From: Planctomycetota bacterium | GTDB taxonomy: Bacteria; Planctomycetota; GCA-002687715; CAIWVZ01 | Reading direction: 5' to 3' | DNA length: 64,000 nucleotides | Assembly (NCBI GenBank): GCA_044222185.1 | Contig: JBGANV010000002.1 | Span: forward strand, 640,001-704,000 | In this document: piece by piece, positions 51,456-61,789 of the stretch | Position numbering within the stretch: position 1 is the first letter of the stretch | How the letters are laid out: every line of letters starts with the position of its first letter | The notes under the pieces: model-generated | Seen by the model: only the letters and a program-made list of their open reading frames with translations | What the model was told of the DNA's origin: nothing | Database searches by the model: none | Translations under genes and position numbers: made by a program

Positions 51456-52233
51456 ATGGCCCACATCACGCAGCGTGCAGGCACGATCACGACCACCGAG
51501 GAGTCGTTCGCCGGGGTGAGGGACGCCCGCGCGCGAACTCGTGCGCGGGAGCGCCGTTCGCATGGACCCACCAGGGTTCGACCACGGCGTCCTCAGCGCT
51601 CGCGTCGCGGCACGCCTCGGTTCATTCCTGCGATCGGCGCCCCATTTGGGAGTCGTCACCGTCGAGGCCGGTTTCGTGCTCGCACGCTGCCCGGACACCG
51701 GGCGCAGCCGTGACGTTGCCTTCGTCCGCGGCGCGAGACTCGGCGGCGAGCGTCCTGCCGGCCAGGTCGAAGGCGTTCCCGATCCCGCCATCGCGGTTCT
51801 CTCGCCCGGCAACGCTCCCGAGGTCATGGTCGCGGAAGTCGCGGGGTACCTTGCCGCAGGCGCCACCGACGTCTGTGTGATCGATCCGGAAACGTGCACG
51901 ATCGCGACCCATCGCTCCGATCGGAGCGTTCGCGTCCGTGGTCGGACCGACGTCGTCCGCTGCGACGCCGTGCTTGCGGGATTCGAGTTCCGCCTCGACG
52001 CCGTCGTTCCCCCGCTTTCTCCGGCAACACGCCCCGGGTCCAAGCCATCGCCCTCTCGCCGTGCGCCTCCAACGGGGTCGTCGCCATCTCGGACGGGCCC
52101 GACGTCGCCTTCTGATCGCCCGTCCGGCACGCCTGCGCGGCGCTCGTCGGCGGATATCTATTTCGCCGAGCCCGGCGGTGGCAGCTCGGCCTCCACGCGT
52201 CGCGCGTCGGCCGGCCGATTCGCCGCGGTGTAG
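51456..52233 (+). pseudogene. frameshifted, degenerate Uma2-family (PD-(D/E)xK) endonuclease
   Basis: MAH...TTTEESF in one frame, RELVRG...MDPPGFDHG in the +1 frame; RDVAFV, PDPAIAVLSP (conserved E missing), EVAGYL (K missing); tail reads into the convergent gene. Confidence 0.7.
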
Positions 52234-55154
52234 AGATCGATCAGGCGTCGCAGGGCGGCGCGGACCTGCTCCGACGTCGCGACCTTGCAGGCGCGCATGC
52301 GCGCGATGCCGTCCTTCAGGTGCGTTTCCGCGTCGTCCCACTTCTTCCGGCGGGTGAGGTTCTGGCCGAGGGTGGCGTAGCTCGCACCGGCCTCATCCGG
52401 GCGAGGCGGATCAGCGGCGAAGCATCCGTCGATCGAATCCAGGTGGAGTCGAACGGCCTCGTCGTCGCGACCCAGACCTTCGAGCGTTCGAGCGAGCTCC
52501 TCGGTCACACCGGTGAGCACTGCGCTCGTCGGGGGCGACATGCGGCGGAAGATCTCGTAGGCCTGGCGGACGGTCCGCTCTGCCTCCTCGAACTTCGATT
52601 GGAGGAGGAGCGTCGTTCCCAGATCCCACCGGGCACGGGCGATGTCCAGCTCCGCCGGCTCGGCCGAGGCGGCAAGTTTGTCGATCACCGAGCGATAGGT
52701 CGCTTCGGCGTCGGCGTACTGCTTCTGCGCCCGCTGGACCTGAGCGACGTCGCTCCAGGCGATCGCCACGTCGCGATGGCCCGGTCCGAGCGTTCGCGTG
52801 AACATCTCGACGGCCTGGTGGGCCAGATCCTCGGCCTTCTCGAGATCGTCGGCCTGCAGTTCGATGCGGGCGAGCAACTGGAGCGTCGACGCGACCGCCG
52901 CATGTTCGCCGAGCAGTTCACGTCGCATGGCCAGCGCTTCCTCGGCGAGCGTGCGAGCCGAGGCGAAATCGCGCTTGTGCATCTTGGTGGTTGCGAGGCT
53001 CGCGAGTGCCGTCGCGGTATCCACGTGGCGCGCCCCGAGGAATTGCCGGCGAAGCGTGAGCGCCTCGCTCAGGCGCGACTCCGCCTCGTCGCGCCGTCCG
53101 CGTGAGATCGCCGCCATGCCGAGTCGCCACCACACGTCGGCGGCGCGGGCGCTCTGACGACCGAAGACGGTCTGCGTGCGCTCCAACGCGCGCTGAAGGA
53201 TCGGCTCGGCGTCGTCGGGCTTGCCGCTGGCCAGAACGAGGTAGCCCAGGTTCGCGAGGCAACTGGGGTAGTCGACGTGATCCCGGTTGGCGGATTCGAA
53301 GATCGTGACGGCGCGCTGGAGCAACTCGACGGCACTCTGTCGTCTGCCCGCGGCCTGCAGGTTCATCCCCTGCTGCGCGAGGAGCTTGGCGACCTTCAGA
53401 TCGTTCTCTCCGTAGCCGCGTCGAGCGATGGCGATGGCCTCGTCGATGTCCTTGATCGCGTCGGTGAGCCGGCCGCGGATCTGGTGCATGGACGAATGCG
53501 TGTCGAGGAACCAAAGACGCGCGTCGATGGCGGCGTCGTCCGCATCCGTGATGGTGGCAAGCACCCGTTCCGTCTCGGTGAGCGCGGCCTCCGTCTTGTC
53601 GTAGTCGCCCATGCGGTAGTAGGCAGACGCGAGGCTGGCGAGGAGATTCGCTTCATCGGAGGCGGAGTGACCCGGGACTCGCCGGATCGCGTCGATGGCG
53701 GCCCGGAACTGGACCACCGCCTCGTCCTGCAGCCCGAGGCTCACGTACGAGCGGGCGATCGTTCCCGCGATCCGAGCGAAGACGGCGGGGCGATTCCCGA
53801 GTCTCACCGCCACCTGTTGCGCCGAGTTGTCCAGGAGATCGCGCACGGTCGCATCCGCCGTGTAGTTGCCGGGCCGGGCGCCGGCGACCATCTCGGAGAT
53901 GAAACCGGCCACCGCCTCGGCATCGGAGACGGCAGCCTTCTCTCCCGCGAGCGCGGTGCGCGCTTCGCCCAACAGCACGAGTGACACGACGAGGCCCGTC
54001 ACCACGGCGAGCGCGGTGATTGCGACGCTTGCCGCCAGCGCCGGCTTGCGCTGGCACCATCGCACCAGGCGAACGAACGGCCCCGGAGGACGCGCGAGGA
54101 TCGGCTCGCGGTCGAGGATGCGCCGGAGGTCGTCGGCGAACTCGAGCGCGGTGCCATATCGGCGGTTCGGATCCTTGTCGAGCGCCGTTTCGAGCACGAC
54201 GCGGAGATCCCGTGAGATGGACTTGTTCAGACGCTGCGCGTTCGGTGGATCCTGGTTGAGGATCGCCTGCTCGAGCGCGGCACGGGTCGGGCCCTGGAAG
54301 GGGCGCTGGAGCGTGAGGCACTCGAAGCCCGTGACGGCAAGCGACCAGACGTCCGTCCGACGATCCACGTGGCGGGCTCCGGCGATCTGCTCGGGGCTCA
54401 TGTACGCGGGAGTGCCGAACACGGCGTCCGACTGCGTCAACGTCGGTTGCTCGGCGTCATCCTGCCACGCGAGGCCGAAGTCCAGGATGACGGGCTCGTC
54501 GCCCTCCGTGAGGATGATGTTGCCTGGTTTTACGTCGCGGTGGACGACGCCCTGTTCGTGAGCGTAGTGAAGCGTGCGCGCGGCCTTCTCCAAGATCGTG
54601 ACGACCCACTTCGTCGCGCCAAGACCGGACGAGTTCGACGTCGACGGCGCTTCGTTTCGCGCGTCGCGCTCTCCGCCCGGCTCCAGCGACGTGTCTCCGA
54701 TCGACAGATGAAGGGGCGCGTTCTCCTTCGGGTTCGCGGCCGCACGGGCCGCGGCGACCTTCTCGGAGAGTGTCGTTCCCTCGAGCAGACGCATGGCGAT
54801 GTAGGGCACGCCCTGTTCGACGCCGGCCGCGTAGACGGTGCAGATTCCGGGATGTCCCAGCCGGGATGCAACCTCGGCCTCGCGGCGGAATCGCATCAGC
54901 GTCGCCGGCGACGCGCCGTCCAGGGCGTTCAGAACCTTGATGGCGACGCTGCGCTTGAGCGGGCCGTCGAGCGCCACCCACACCGAGCCCTGACCGCCGC
55001 GGCCGAGCTGCCGAACGATCGTGTAGGGCCCGAGCGTGGTTCCTGGGCCGACCCACCGCGCACGCAGGCGCTCGTCGGGTTCACGCACGGTGGGGGAGTC
55101 GGGTCCGAATCCGCTTTCCGCGTCGCCCGCCGGCTTGGGTTGCTGTGCTTCCAT
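52158..55154 (-). CDS. Ser/Thr protein kinase with TM helix and TPR (kinesin light chain-like) repeats
   Basis: LGRGGQGSV, VAIK, HRDVKPGN, DFGLA, GTPAYMSPEQ; ATVRDLLD; repeats like EALTLRRQFLGARHVDTA. Confidence 0.92.
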   Translation of the reverse strand: MEAQQPKPAGDAESGFGPDSPTVREPDERLRARWVGPGTTLGPYTIVRQLGRGGQGSVWVALDGPLKRSVAIKVLNALDGASPATLMRFRREAEVASRLGHPGICTVYAAGVEQGVPYIAMRLLEGTTLSEKVAAARAAANPKENAPLHLSIGDTSLEPGGERDARNEAPSTSNSSGLGATKWVVTILEKAARTLHYAHEQGVVHRDVKPGNIILTEGDEPVILDFGLAWQDDAEQPTLTQSDAVFGTPAYMSPEQIAGARHVDRRTDVWSLAVTGFECLTLQRPFQGPTRAALEQAILNQDPPNAQRLNKSISRDLRVVLETALDKDPNRRYGTALEFADDLRRILDREPILARPPGPFVRLVRWCQRKPALAASVAITALAVVTGLVVSLVLLGEARTALAGEKAAVSDAEAVAGFISEMVAGARPGNYTADATVRDLLDNSAQQVAVRLGNRPAVFARIAGTIARSYVSLGLQDEAVVQFRAAIDAIRRVPGHSASDEANLLASLASAYYRMGDYDKTEAALTETERVLATITDADDAAIDARLWFLDTHSSMHQIRGRLTDAIKDIDEAIAIARRGYGENDLKVAKLLAQQGMNLQAAGRRQSAVELLQRAVTIFESANRDHVDYPSCLANLGYLVLASGKPDDAEPILQRALERTQTVFGRQSARAADVWWRLGMAAISRGRRDEAESRLSEALTLRRQFLGARHVDTATALASLATTKMHKRDFASARTLAEEALAMRRELLGEHAAVASTLQLLARIELQADDLEKAEDLAHQAVEMFTRTLGPGHRDVAIAWSDVAQVQRAQKQYADAEATYRSVIDKLAASAEPAELDIARARWDLGTTLLLQSKFEEAERTVRQAYEIFRRMSPPTSAVLTGVTEELARTLEGLGRDDEAVRLHLDSIDGCFAADPPRPDEAGASYATLGQNLTRRKKWDDAETHLKDGIARMRACKVATSEQVRAALRRLIDLYTAANRPADARRVEAELPPPGSAK

Positions 55155-55635
55155 CCTGGATCTGCGGACGCGACGACGCGGCGCCGCGAGATCCTACTCT
55201 CGTTCGCGCCACGTCGCCGATCACGGCCGGAACGGGCGGGCGAGCCGCGCCTCGACCGTGGCATCGGGCCCGTTCGACCGGAATCGACGCGAGCCGAGAG
55301 CGCTGGAGCGCCGGGTCCTACCCCGCTGTTCGGCCAGGGCTCCAGCCCTTGCGAGCACGTCGCCCGCATGCCCGGACCGACCACCGCGACACGGCGACGT
55401 CGGCGGCGGAGGTCCCGTCGCGATTGAACTGCGCAGGCAATCGCAGTCAGGGCTCGAGCCCTGCCGTCCAGCCGGGCACAGCCCCGGCGCTCCGTACCCA
55501 CTTCGTCGACTGATCGGCAACGCGGCGCCGATCTACCATTCCGTGGTGCCGAGGTCATCGTCGATGGCCGAAGGATGCCGCGTCGGGGGACGCGCGCGGG
55601 CACGTCGGCGGAGCCTCGCACGCGAGGATCTCACC

Positions 55636-56094
55636 ATGAACACCACGCCTGCAAAGGAGCGGTACGGCCTGACGCCAGTGAACCGCCTCGACCAGATGTT
55701 CGGTAACTGGTTCGAGAACTTCTTCCCGGCCACGAACAAGCTCCCGGAGGTCTTCCGGACCGTCAACACACCTCCGATCAACATCTCGGAGACCGACAAG
55801 AACTTCTGCGTTTCCGTGGAACTGCCCGGACTGGAGGAGAAGGACATCTCCGTCCAGATGATGGGCGATCAGCTCACCATCACGGGTGAACGGAAATGGG
55901 AGGAGGAGAAGAAAGGGAAGGAGTTCCACAGGGTCGAGTCGCAGTACGGGACCTTCACCCGTGTCGTGACCCTCCCGGAGAACCTGCGAACGGAGAACCC
56001 GGAGGCCGTCTACAAGCGCGGCGTCCTGACGATCACCTTCCAGAAGGTCGAGCCCACGCCAGCTGCGAAGATCAAGGTGAAAGCCGCGGATTGA
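55636..56094 (+). CDS. Hsp20/alpha-crystallin small heat shock protein
   Basis: GAGG RBS; PPINISET, ELPG, LTITGERK, RVESQYGTFTR, GVLTI. Confidence 0.95.
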   Translation: MNTTPAKERYGLTPVNRLDQMFGNWFENFFPATNKLPEVFRTVNTPPINISETDKNFCVSVELPGLEEKDISVQMMGDQLTITGERKWEEEKKGKEFHRVESQYGTFTRVVTLPENLRTENPEAVYKRGVLTITFQKVEPTPAAKIKVKAAD

Positions 56095-56155
56095 GGCCCG
56101 GTCCGGGGGCCTTCGGGCTGCTTGCGGCTCGGAAGGCCCGCCCATAGACTGCGCC

Positions 56156-56974
56156 ATGTTGCATGCCGCCGTGGAGATCCACCCGTCTGCTCATGTGGCT
56201 GCGGACGCGGACCTCGGCCCCGGTGTGAAAGTGGGGCCGGGCGCCATCATCGAACCGGGAGCCCGGATCGGTGAGGGAACGGTCATTCACGGCAACGCCG
56301 TCGTCACCGGCTTCGCGACCCTGGGACGCAACTGCAAGATCCACTACGGCGCGGTCGTCGGCGGAGACCCCCAGGACCTCGCATTCGAGGGCTTCGACAC
56401 TCGCGTCGAGATCGCCGACGACGTCGTCATCCGAGAGCACGCAACGGTGCATCGCGCGACCAAGCCGGGCGCGGCGACCGTCATCGGCCGCGGCTCGTAC
56501 CTCATGGTCAACTCGCACGTCGCGCACGATTGCGTGCTCGGGGAACGCGTCGTCGTCTGCAACTCGGCGCTGGTTGCCGGGCATTCCCACATCGGCAACC
56601 GCGCGTTCCTCTCTGGGAACACGGTCGTGCACCAGTTCTCGCGCGTGGGGACCCTCGTCATGCTCTCTGGCATCTCGGGGATCGGTCGCGACGTGGGACC
56701 CTATTTGCTGGTCGCCGAGCGGAGCGACGTCCGCGGCATCAACATGGTCGGATTGCGGCGCGCGGGACTCGGCGGCGATGCGCGACGCCGCATTCAGAAC
56801 GCCTACCGCCTGCTCTTCGGCGCGCCGACGATCCGGGAAGGCGTCGACCAAGTGCGCGGTCTCGGGGCCGAGCATCCGGAAATCGCCGAGATCGTCAACT
56901 TCTACGGCGAGAGCAAGCGCGGCTACAGCCGGCCGCCGAATGGCCACGCCCTCGGCGAGGGCGCCGAGGACTGA
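56156..56974 (+). CDS. lpxA: acyl-ACP--UDP-N-acetylglucosamine O-acyltransferase
   Basis: IHPSA, hexapeptide repeats, GGDPQDL, IREHATVHRAT, SHVAHDC, VHQF, GINMVGLRR. Confidence 0.93.
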   Translation: MLHAAVEIHPSAHVAADADLGPGVKVGPGAIIEPGARIGEGTVIHGNAVVTGFATLGRNCKIHYGAVVGGDPQDLAFEGFDTRVEIADDVVIREHATVHRATKPGAATVIGRGSYLMVNSHVAHDCVLGERVVVCNSALVAGHSHIGNRAFLSGNTVVHQFSRVGTLVMLSGISGIGRDVGPYLLVAERSDVRGINMVGLRRAGLGGDARRRIQNAYRLLFGAPTIREGVDQVRGLGAEHPEIAEIVNFYGESKRGYSRPPNGHALGEGAED

Positions 56975-56996
56975 GCCCGCGGCTCGGGCCGTCGTT

Positions 56997-57149
56997 GACC
57001 GGGTGCTGGAAGGCTGGAGACCAAAGCGAACCGGAGCCCCGCCGAAAGGTCACGAAGTTGACTTCGTGTCGTTTGTCGAAGTTGCCGTAGGTTCGAAGGA
57101 GTGAAGCGGCGGTGACTCGCTGCCAGTCTCCAGCTTCCAGCACCCGGTC
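56997..57149. repeat. 24/25-bp near-perfect inverted repeat enclosing a multi-hairpin core (candidate ncRNA or MITE)
   Basis: GACCGGGTGCTGGAAGGCTGGAGAC (56997-57021) vs GTCTCCAGCTTCCAGCACCCGGTC (57126-57149), one-nt indel. Confidence 0.85.
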
Positions 57150-57386
57150 CAGAAACGAAATGAGCGCCGACCGATGCAAAGGCAGGACGCGTGCCCGACA
57201 CGAACGCGGCACCGGCCGGCGCCCTGCCCACAGAGACGTCGCCGATGCCCTATAGGTTTCACGCTGATCGGGCCAAATCCGGCGAAGATTACGACGACAG
57301 TCTTTTTCACGATCTTCCTGGACGAATGTTCGTGGCCGTCCATGACGCCCGGCGCGTACGTCCCCGAACGACCATGACCAGGCGCC

Positions 57387-58502
57387 TCAGGCGTCGGGGA
57401 GTGCGGTTCGTCCTCGGTTCAGCGCGCCGAGCCATTCGTGCCCGTAGTCCTGATCCGGCTCCAAGATGTGACCCTCGCTCCATTCGTTCCAGCTGGCGAC
57501 GAAGAGCGGCGCCGTGTCGCCGTGTTCACCGACGGTCCAGCGCGCTGCGGCGCGCACGAATTGCTCGAACGCCTCAGGTGACGTTCCCGTGACGATCGGC
57601 GTCCAGGGGTAGCGGTCAGGTCGGATCCGGGCGTAGAGGCGGGCGCGCGGAGTCGCATCCCAGCCAGGGCTGACGGACGGGAAGTAGGGGAGCGGCGTCG
57701 CGACCGCCCAGCCCTGCCATTCGCTCGCGCGCTGGGCGGCCAGGGTTGAGAAATCCTGCAGGCGAGGGCCCTTCCAGTCGGGGAGGCGGACGTAGTGCGT
57801 CACGCTGTCGAATCCGATTTCCTTCAGGAGACTCCACCATTGCGGCTCCGGATCGATGGCACCCAGGTGAAAGTCGCCGACGGCAGCTCGCGCCCTGGCG
57901 ACGGCCTCCTGGGCGCGTTCCGGTCCGAGCTGTCGGATGAACAGGCTCGTATCGAAGATGGAGAAATAGGGACGGCCCGCGATCCGCCAGTAGTTCGGCT
58001 GCGTGAAGTAGCGGTCCGCCGTGTCGGTGAGCAGTGCCGTGAAGTCGACCGGATCGCTGAAGACGCGGCGATAACGGGGCGGCGCGGTTGGGTCGATGAC
58101 GCGGATCGGCAGCACCCGGTGAGGCATGCGGTTCGCCCACATCACGGCAAAGCGGATTTCCGATCGTCGTTCACACCGCAGGTACCCGTCGTTCAAGGCT
58201 TCAGAAAAAACGGTCTTGCCGCGCGACCAGAAGCGCCCGTGGACGAACACATCCACTCCCGCATCGCGGGCGAGTCTGATCCGGCGGTCGTGCACGGCGG
58301 GGTCGCTGTCGTCGTATGGGCCGTCTTGCGGGAGGACCGGCTGCCGATGCCCCGCGAAATGAGGCCGCGCCTGGCGGACCAGCTCCCACTCGGTCCAGCC
58401 GGGCCCGAAGTGGCGGTCGCGCTCGTCGCACGGGTGCCAACCGTCGTAAACGTAGACGGCAACGGTGGGAGTCCGGTGAGAAGACGAGGGCGGCGGCGCC
58501 AT
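57387..58502 (-). CDS. WbsX / glycoside hydrolase 99-like domain protein
   Basis: GWH, WTEWELV, GPYD, MWAN, PNYWRIAGRP, PGWDATPR, WNEWSEGHILEPD. Confidence 0.85.
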   Translation of the reverse strand: MAPPPSSSHRTPTVAVYVYDGWHPCDERDRHFGPGWTEWELVRQARPHFAGHRQPVLPQDGPYDDSDPAVHDRRIRLARDAGVDVFVHGRFWSRGKTVFSEALNDGYLRCERRSEIRFAVMWANRMPHRVLPIRVIDPTAPPRYRRVFSDPVDFTALLTDTADRYFTQPNYWRIAGRPYFSIFDTSLFIRQLGPERAQEAVARARAAVGDFHLGAIDPEPQWWSLLKEIGFDSVTHYVRLPDWKGPRLQDFSTLAAQRASEWQGWAVATPLPYFPSVSPGWDATPRARLYARIRPDRYPWTPIVTGTSPEAFEQFVRAAARWTVGEHGDTAPLFVASWNEWSEGHILEPDQDYGHEWLGALNRGRTALPDA

Positions 58503-58680
58503 GACACGACTCTATCTCGCGTCCGCCACACGACGTGCGCGGCCGGGGGAGAATCAACGACCGCGAGGACGCGTTCTCATCTTTCGCGGGGTTCAGATCG
58601 GACTGATAGAGTCCGCCCCGTTTCACAGACACGCGGAACGCCGGATCCAAAACGGAGCGCCGGTTCACCAAGGAGAGATC

Positions 58681-59709
58681 ATGAAGACGATGCGTGTGGT
58701 CATGGCGGCCGTTCTCGTCGGACTGCCCGTGCTGGCGCAAGCCGGCAAGGCGCCGGCGTTCAAGACGTACAGCGATCTGAATGCAGCCTTCGACAAGGCT
58801 CAGGAAGACGCGACGAAGAAGGTCAACACGGACAAGCTCGCGGCACTCGAGGCGTTCATCGCGACGGCGAAGGACGTGTCGATGGACGACATGAACGAGG
58901 CCCGGATCACCGCTGCCGAGTTGGCGTCGGAGCTCAACAAACACGACGTCGCGCTCAAACACGCCGAGAAACTGGTCAACGAAAACAAGAGCCAGGAGAA
59001 GGTCCTCGCGGCGCGCGTCATCGCCGGCAAGGCGCTGGCGGCGACGAACGCGGCGGCCGAGAAGGTCACGGCGATGCTGAACCCCGTGATCGAGGGCGCA
59101 TCGCTCTCGGAGCAGGAGTCGGTTCGCCCGGCCCTCGACGCTGCCGAGGTTCTCTCGGACTACTACGTCGAGCAGGGCAAGAAGGATGACGCCAAGAAGC
59201 TCTGGACGACGATGGGCGAGAAGCTCCAGCACCCGCAGCTCTCGGCCATGTTCGACTCGAGCAAGGCGAACGTGGACCTCATCGGCGAAGCACCGAAGGC
59301 GTTCAAGGTGAAGGACCTGAAGGGTCAGGACCTGGACCTCGCCCAGTTCAAGGGCAAGGTCACGATGATCGACTTCTGGGCGACGTGGTGCGGACCGTGC
59401 GTCGCCGAGCTTCCGAACGTCATCGCGAACTACAAGAAGTACAACAAGCTCGGCTTCGAGATCATCGGCATCAGCCTCGACAACGAGAAGGACAAGGAGA
59501 AGCTCGAGAAGTTCATCGCGTCGCACGACATGCCGTGGCGTCAGTTCTTCGACGGCCAGGGCTGGAAGAACGAAGTGGCCACGCTGTATGGCATCCACTC
59601 GATTCCTGCGACCTACCTCCTCGATCGCGAAGGCAAGGTCTATCGCGTCGGTCTGCGCGGTGAAGCGCTCGGCAAGGCCCTCGAGAAGCTGCTCGCCGCG
59701 AAGAAGTAG
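58681..59709 (+). CDS. TlpA-family thiol-disulfide oxidoreductase, exported
   Basis: AGGAG RBS; signal peptide; GKVTMIDFWATWCGPC; IIGISLD; SIPATYLLDREG. Confidence 0.93.
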   Translation: MKTMRVVMAAVLVGLPVLAQAGKAPAFKTYSDLNAAFDKAQEDATKKVNTDKLAALEAFIATAKDVSMDDMNEARITAAELASELNKHDVALKHAEKLVNENKSQEKVLAARVIAGKALAATNAAAEKVTAMLNPVIEGASLSEQESVRPALDAAEVLSDYYVEQGKKDDAKKLWTTMGEKLQHPQLSAMFDSSKANVDLIGEAPKAFKVKDLKGQDLDLAQFKGKVTMIDFWATWCGPCVAELPNVIANYKKYNKLGFEIIGISLDNEKDKEKLEKFIASHDMPWRQFFDGQGWKNEVATLYGIHSIPATYLLDREGKVYRVGLRGEALGKALEKLLAAKK

Positions 59710-60175
59710 TTCGAGCTGCCGCTCCGTCCGCCCGGAGCGCCAGGTTTCACCTGGCCGGATCGGCAGGGCTTCCGCCCTGCCGTGAAGGCGGCTGAACCTC
59801 GATCGTTCGACGGGGCATCCACCAGCCGTCGAGCGCGCCCCGGGGACGAGGAACGCGCGCGGGCAGATCAGGTCCGGGCTGGAGCCCGGCCCGTCCAGCC
59901 AAGCAGGAGCTTGGCGCTGCGCGCGGCCGGAGCGCCAGCCCGCGGCGACGGATGTATGATCCGGCCGACCGGTCAGGGTGCGTAGGCGGCCCCTTGCTCG
60001 GGAGAAGGTGGATCGGGGCGCGTGACCGCAGGCGTGGGCTTGGGCGGCGCTTCTCCGTGTTCAATGCAGGTCGCCACGAACGGGCGTCCTCGACGGCGGT
60101 CGCCGTGACCTGCAGGTAGTTCGCACCTCCGCCACGCCGCGCTGAGCGTGATGCGGGAGAGAGGGAAGACCTGAG

Positions 60176-61789
60176 GTGGATCGAGACGCGCGACGATCAC
60201 CCACACGGCGCACGATCGTTCTGATCTCTCCCCGTGCCGAGCCGGACTGGCCGCACCCGGAGAAGGTTCAGGGCCTTCCGCTGGCCTGTTTGACCCTGGC
60301 GAGACCTCTCGTCGCCAGGGGATACGAGGTCCGCATCGTCGACGAGAACGTGCTGCTGCGTGCGACCGATGCCATCGCGCGCATCGACGACCCGTTGTGG
60401 ATCGGCTTCAGCGTCATCGGAGGCCACACGCTCGTCTCGGCGATGGCCCTGGCCAGGAAGCTGCGGCGCCTGAAACCGGGAGTCCCGCTCGTGTGGGGCG
60501 GCTGGAACCCCACGCTCATGCCGCACCTCTACGAGGACTCGTCCGCGGCAGACATCGTCGACATCGTCGTCCGCGGCCGCGGGGAGCAGCCAGCGGTCGA
60601 CATCTCGGAGCGACTCGTCGCGGGTGCGTCGCTCGCCGACGTGCCTGGCGTGTCATGGCGTGACGGAAGCGGCCGAGCGATCCGCAACGCCGACTCGCCA
60701 TCGGAATCCGAGACGGGCAGCGGGTCGCTTCCCTACGAGCTGATCGAGGAACCGGCGCGGTACATCCTCCGCTTCGGCGCGATCAACTTCATCTCGAGCT
60801 GGGGATGCCCGCATCGCTGTGGCTTCTGCGGCATTCCCGTGGGCACCCGCAGCTTCCGCCCCATGGACAACGCCTTCGTCGTCCAGGAGCTGGCACGGAT
60901 CAAGGGGACCCTCGGCGTGCGCGACGTCGTCTTCCTCGACGACAACTTCTTCACGCAGAAGGCGCGCGTGATCGACCTCGCCGAGAGGCTCATCGCCGCG
61001 AGGCTCGGGATCACCTGGCACTCCAACGGTCGGTTGGATCAAGTCGGCCCGCTCACTGAGGACGAGCTTGCGCTGCTCAAACACTCGGGGTGCCGATCCA
61101 TGAACGTCGGTTACGAGACGGGATCGCAGGAAGTCGCTGACGGAGTCGACAAGGACATCCGCGTGACGGACATCTACGGCCTCGCCGACACGTTCACGCG
61201 TGTCGGTCTGAAGCTGTCGATCAACTTCATGGTCGGTCTGCCTGGGGAAACCCCCGCATCGCTGATTGCGTCGCTGGAAACGTTGCGCGCCATCCACGCC
61301 CGCCACCCCGACCTGGAGGTCTGCTGGTACATGTACATGCCCGCTCCGGGCACGTCGCTGTGGAAGTCGCTCGTGCGCGAAGGCCGGTTGTTCGAGCCGA
61401 AGACGCTCCTCGAGCACTCCCGGTTCCAATCGCTCGACCTGGAGCACCCATGGTTCTACGTGAGCCCCGAGCCGTGGATCTTTCGCGAATGGCGCCGCGA
61501 CCACAAAGCCATCTCGTTCTACTTCCATGCGGCTTTCTCGCCGGCGGTCACCCTCGGGTGGTTGCGCAACAAAGCGCGTGCGCGCTGGACGCAGTCGGAC
61601 CTCCGTCGTCCGTGGGAGTGGCTCCTGTTCTCGGTGTTCAACCGCCTCCAGCGCGCGAAGTCCAACTGGGTCGCGGCGATTGGTCGCACGCGCCCGTTGG
61701 CGCGGCACGTCGATGAGCGCAGGCGGCAGCGGACACGGACGAACGACGGCACGTTCTTCCTCGTGACGGGAGTGCATCGCGGCACATGA
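60176..61789 (+). CDS. cobalamin-binding (class B-type) radical SAM protein
   Basis: PLAC..LA, VWGGWNPT, VVRGRGE (B12-binding domain); SWGCPHRCGFC CxxxCxxC; DDNFF; GYETGSQ; FMVGLPGET. Confidence 0.92.
   Translation: MDRDARRSPTRRTIVLISPRAEPDWPHPEKVQGLPLACLTLARPLVARGYEVRIVDENVLLRATDAIARIDDPLWIGFSVIGGHTLVSAMALARKLRRLKPGVPLVWGGWNPTLMPHLYEDSSAADIVDIVVRGRGEQPAVDISERLVAGASLADVPGVSWRDGSGRAIRNADSPSESETGSGSLPYELIEEPARYILRFGAINFISSWGCPHRCGFCGIPVGTRSFRPMDNAFVVQELARIKGTLGVRDVVFLDDNFFTQKARVIDLAERLIAARLGITWHSNGRLDQVGPLTEDELALLKHSGCRSMNVGYETGSQEVADGVDKDIRVTDIYGLADTFTRVGLKLSINFMVGLPGETPASLIASLETLRAIHARHPDLEVCWYMYMPAPGTSLWKSLVREGRLFEPKTLLEHSRFQSLDLEHPWFYVSPEPWIFREWRRDHKAISFYFHAAFSPAVTLGWLRNKARARWTQSDLRRPWEWLLFSVFNRLQRAKSNWVAAIGRTRPLARHVDERRRQRTRTNDGTFFLVTGVHRGT

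Noticed and set aside
55155-55635. CIRCE or other heat-shock operator upstream of hsp20
   Set aside because: No TTAGCACTC-N9-GAGTGCTAA or convincing equivalent found
56107-56139. Terminator between hsp20 and lpxA
   Set aside because: GGGCCTTC/GAAGGCCC hairpin is present but has no U-tract; function unsupported
59710-60175. Cobalamin riboswitch or RiPP precursor upstream of the B12 radical SAM
   Set aside because: GGGAAGACCTG resembles the end of a B12 box, but the core GGGAA-GGTG-AATCC and GCCACTG elements are not properly arranged; small ORFs lack RBS and precursor features
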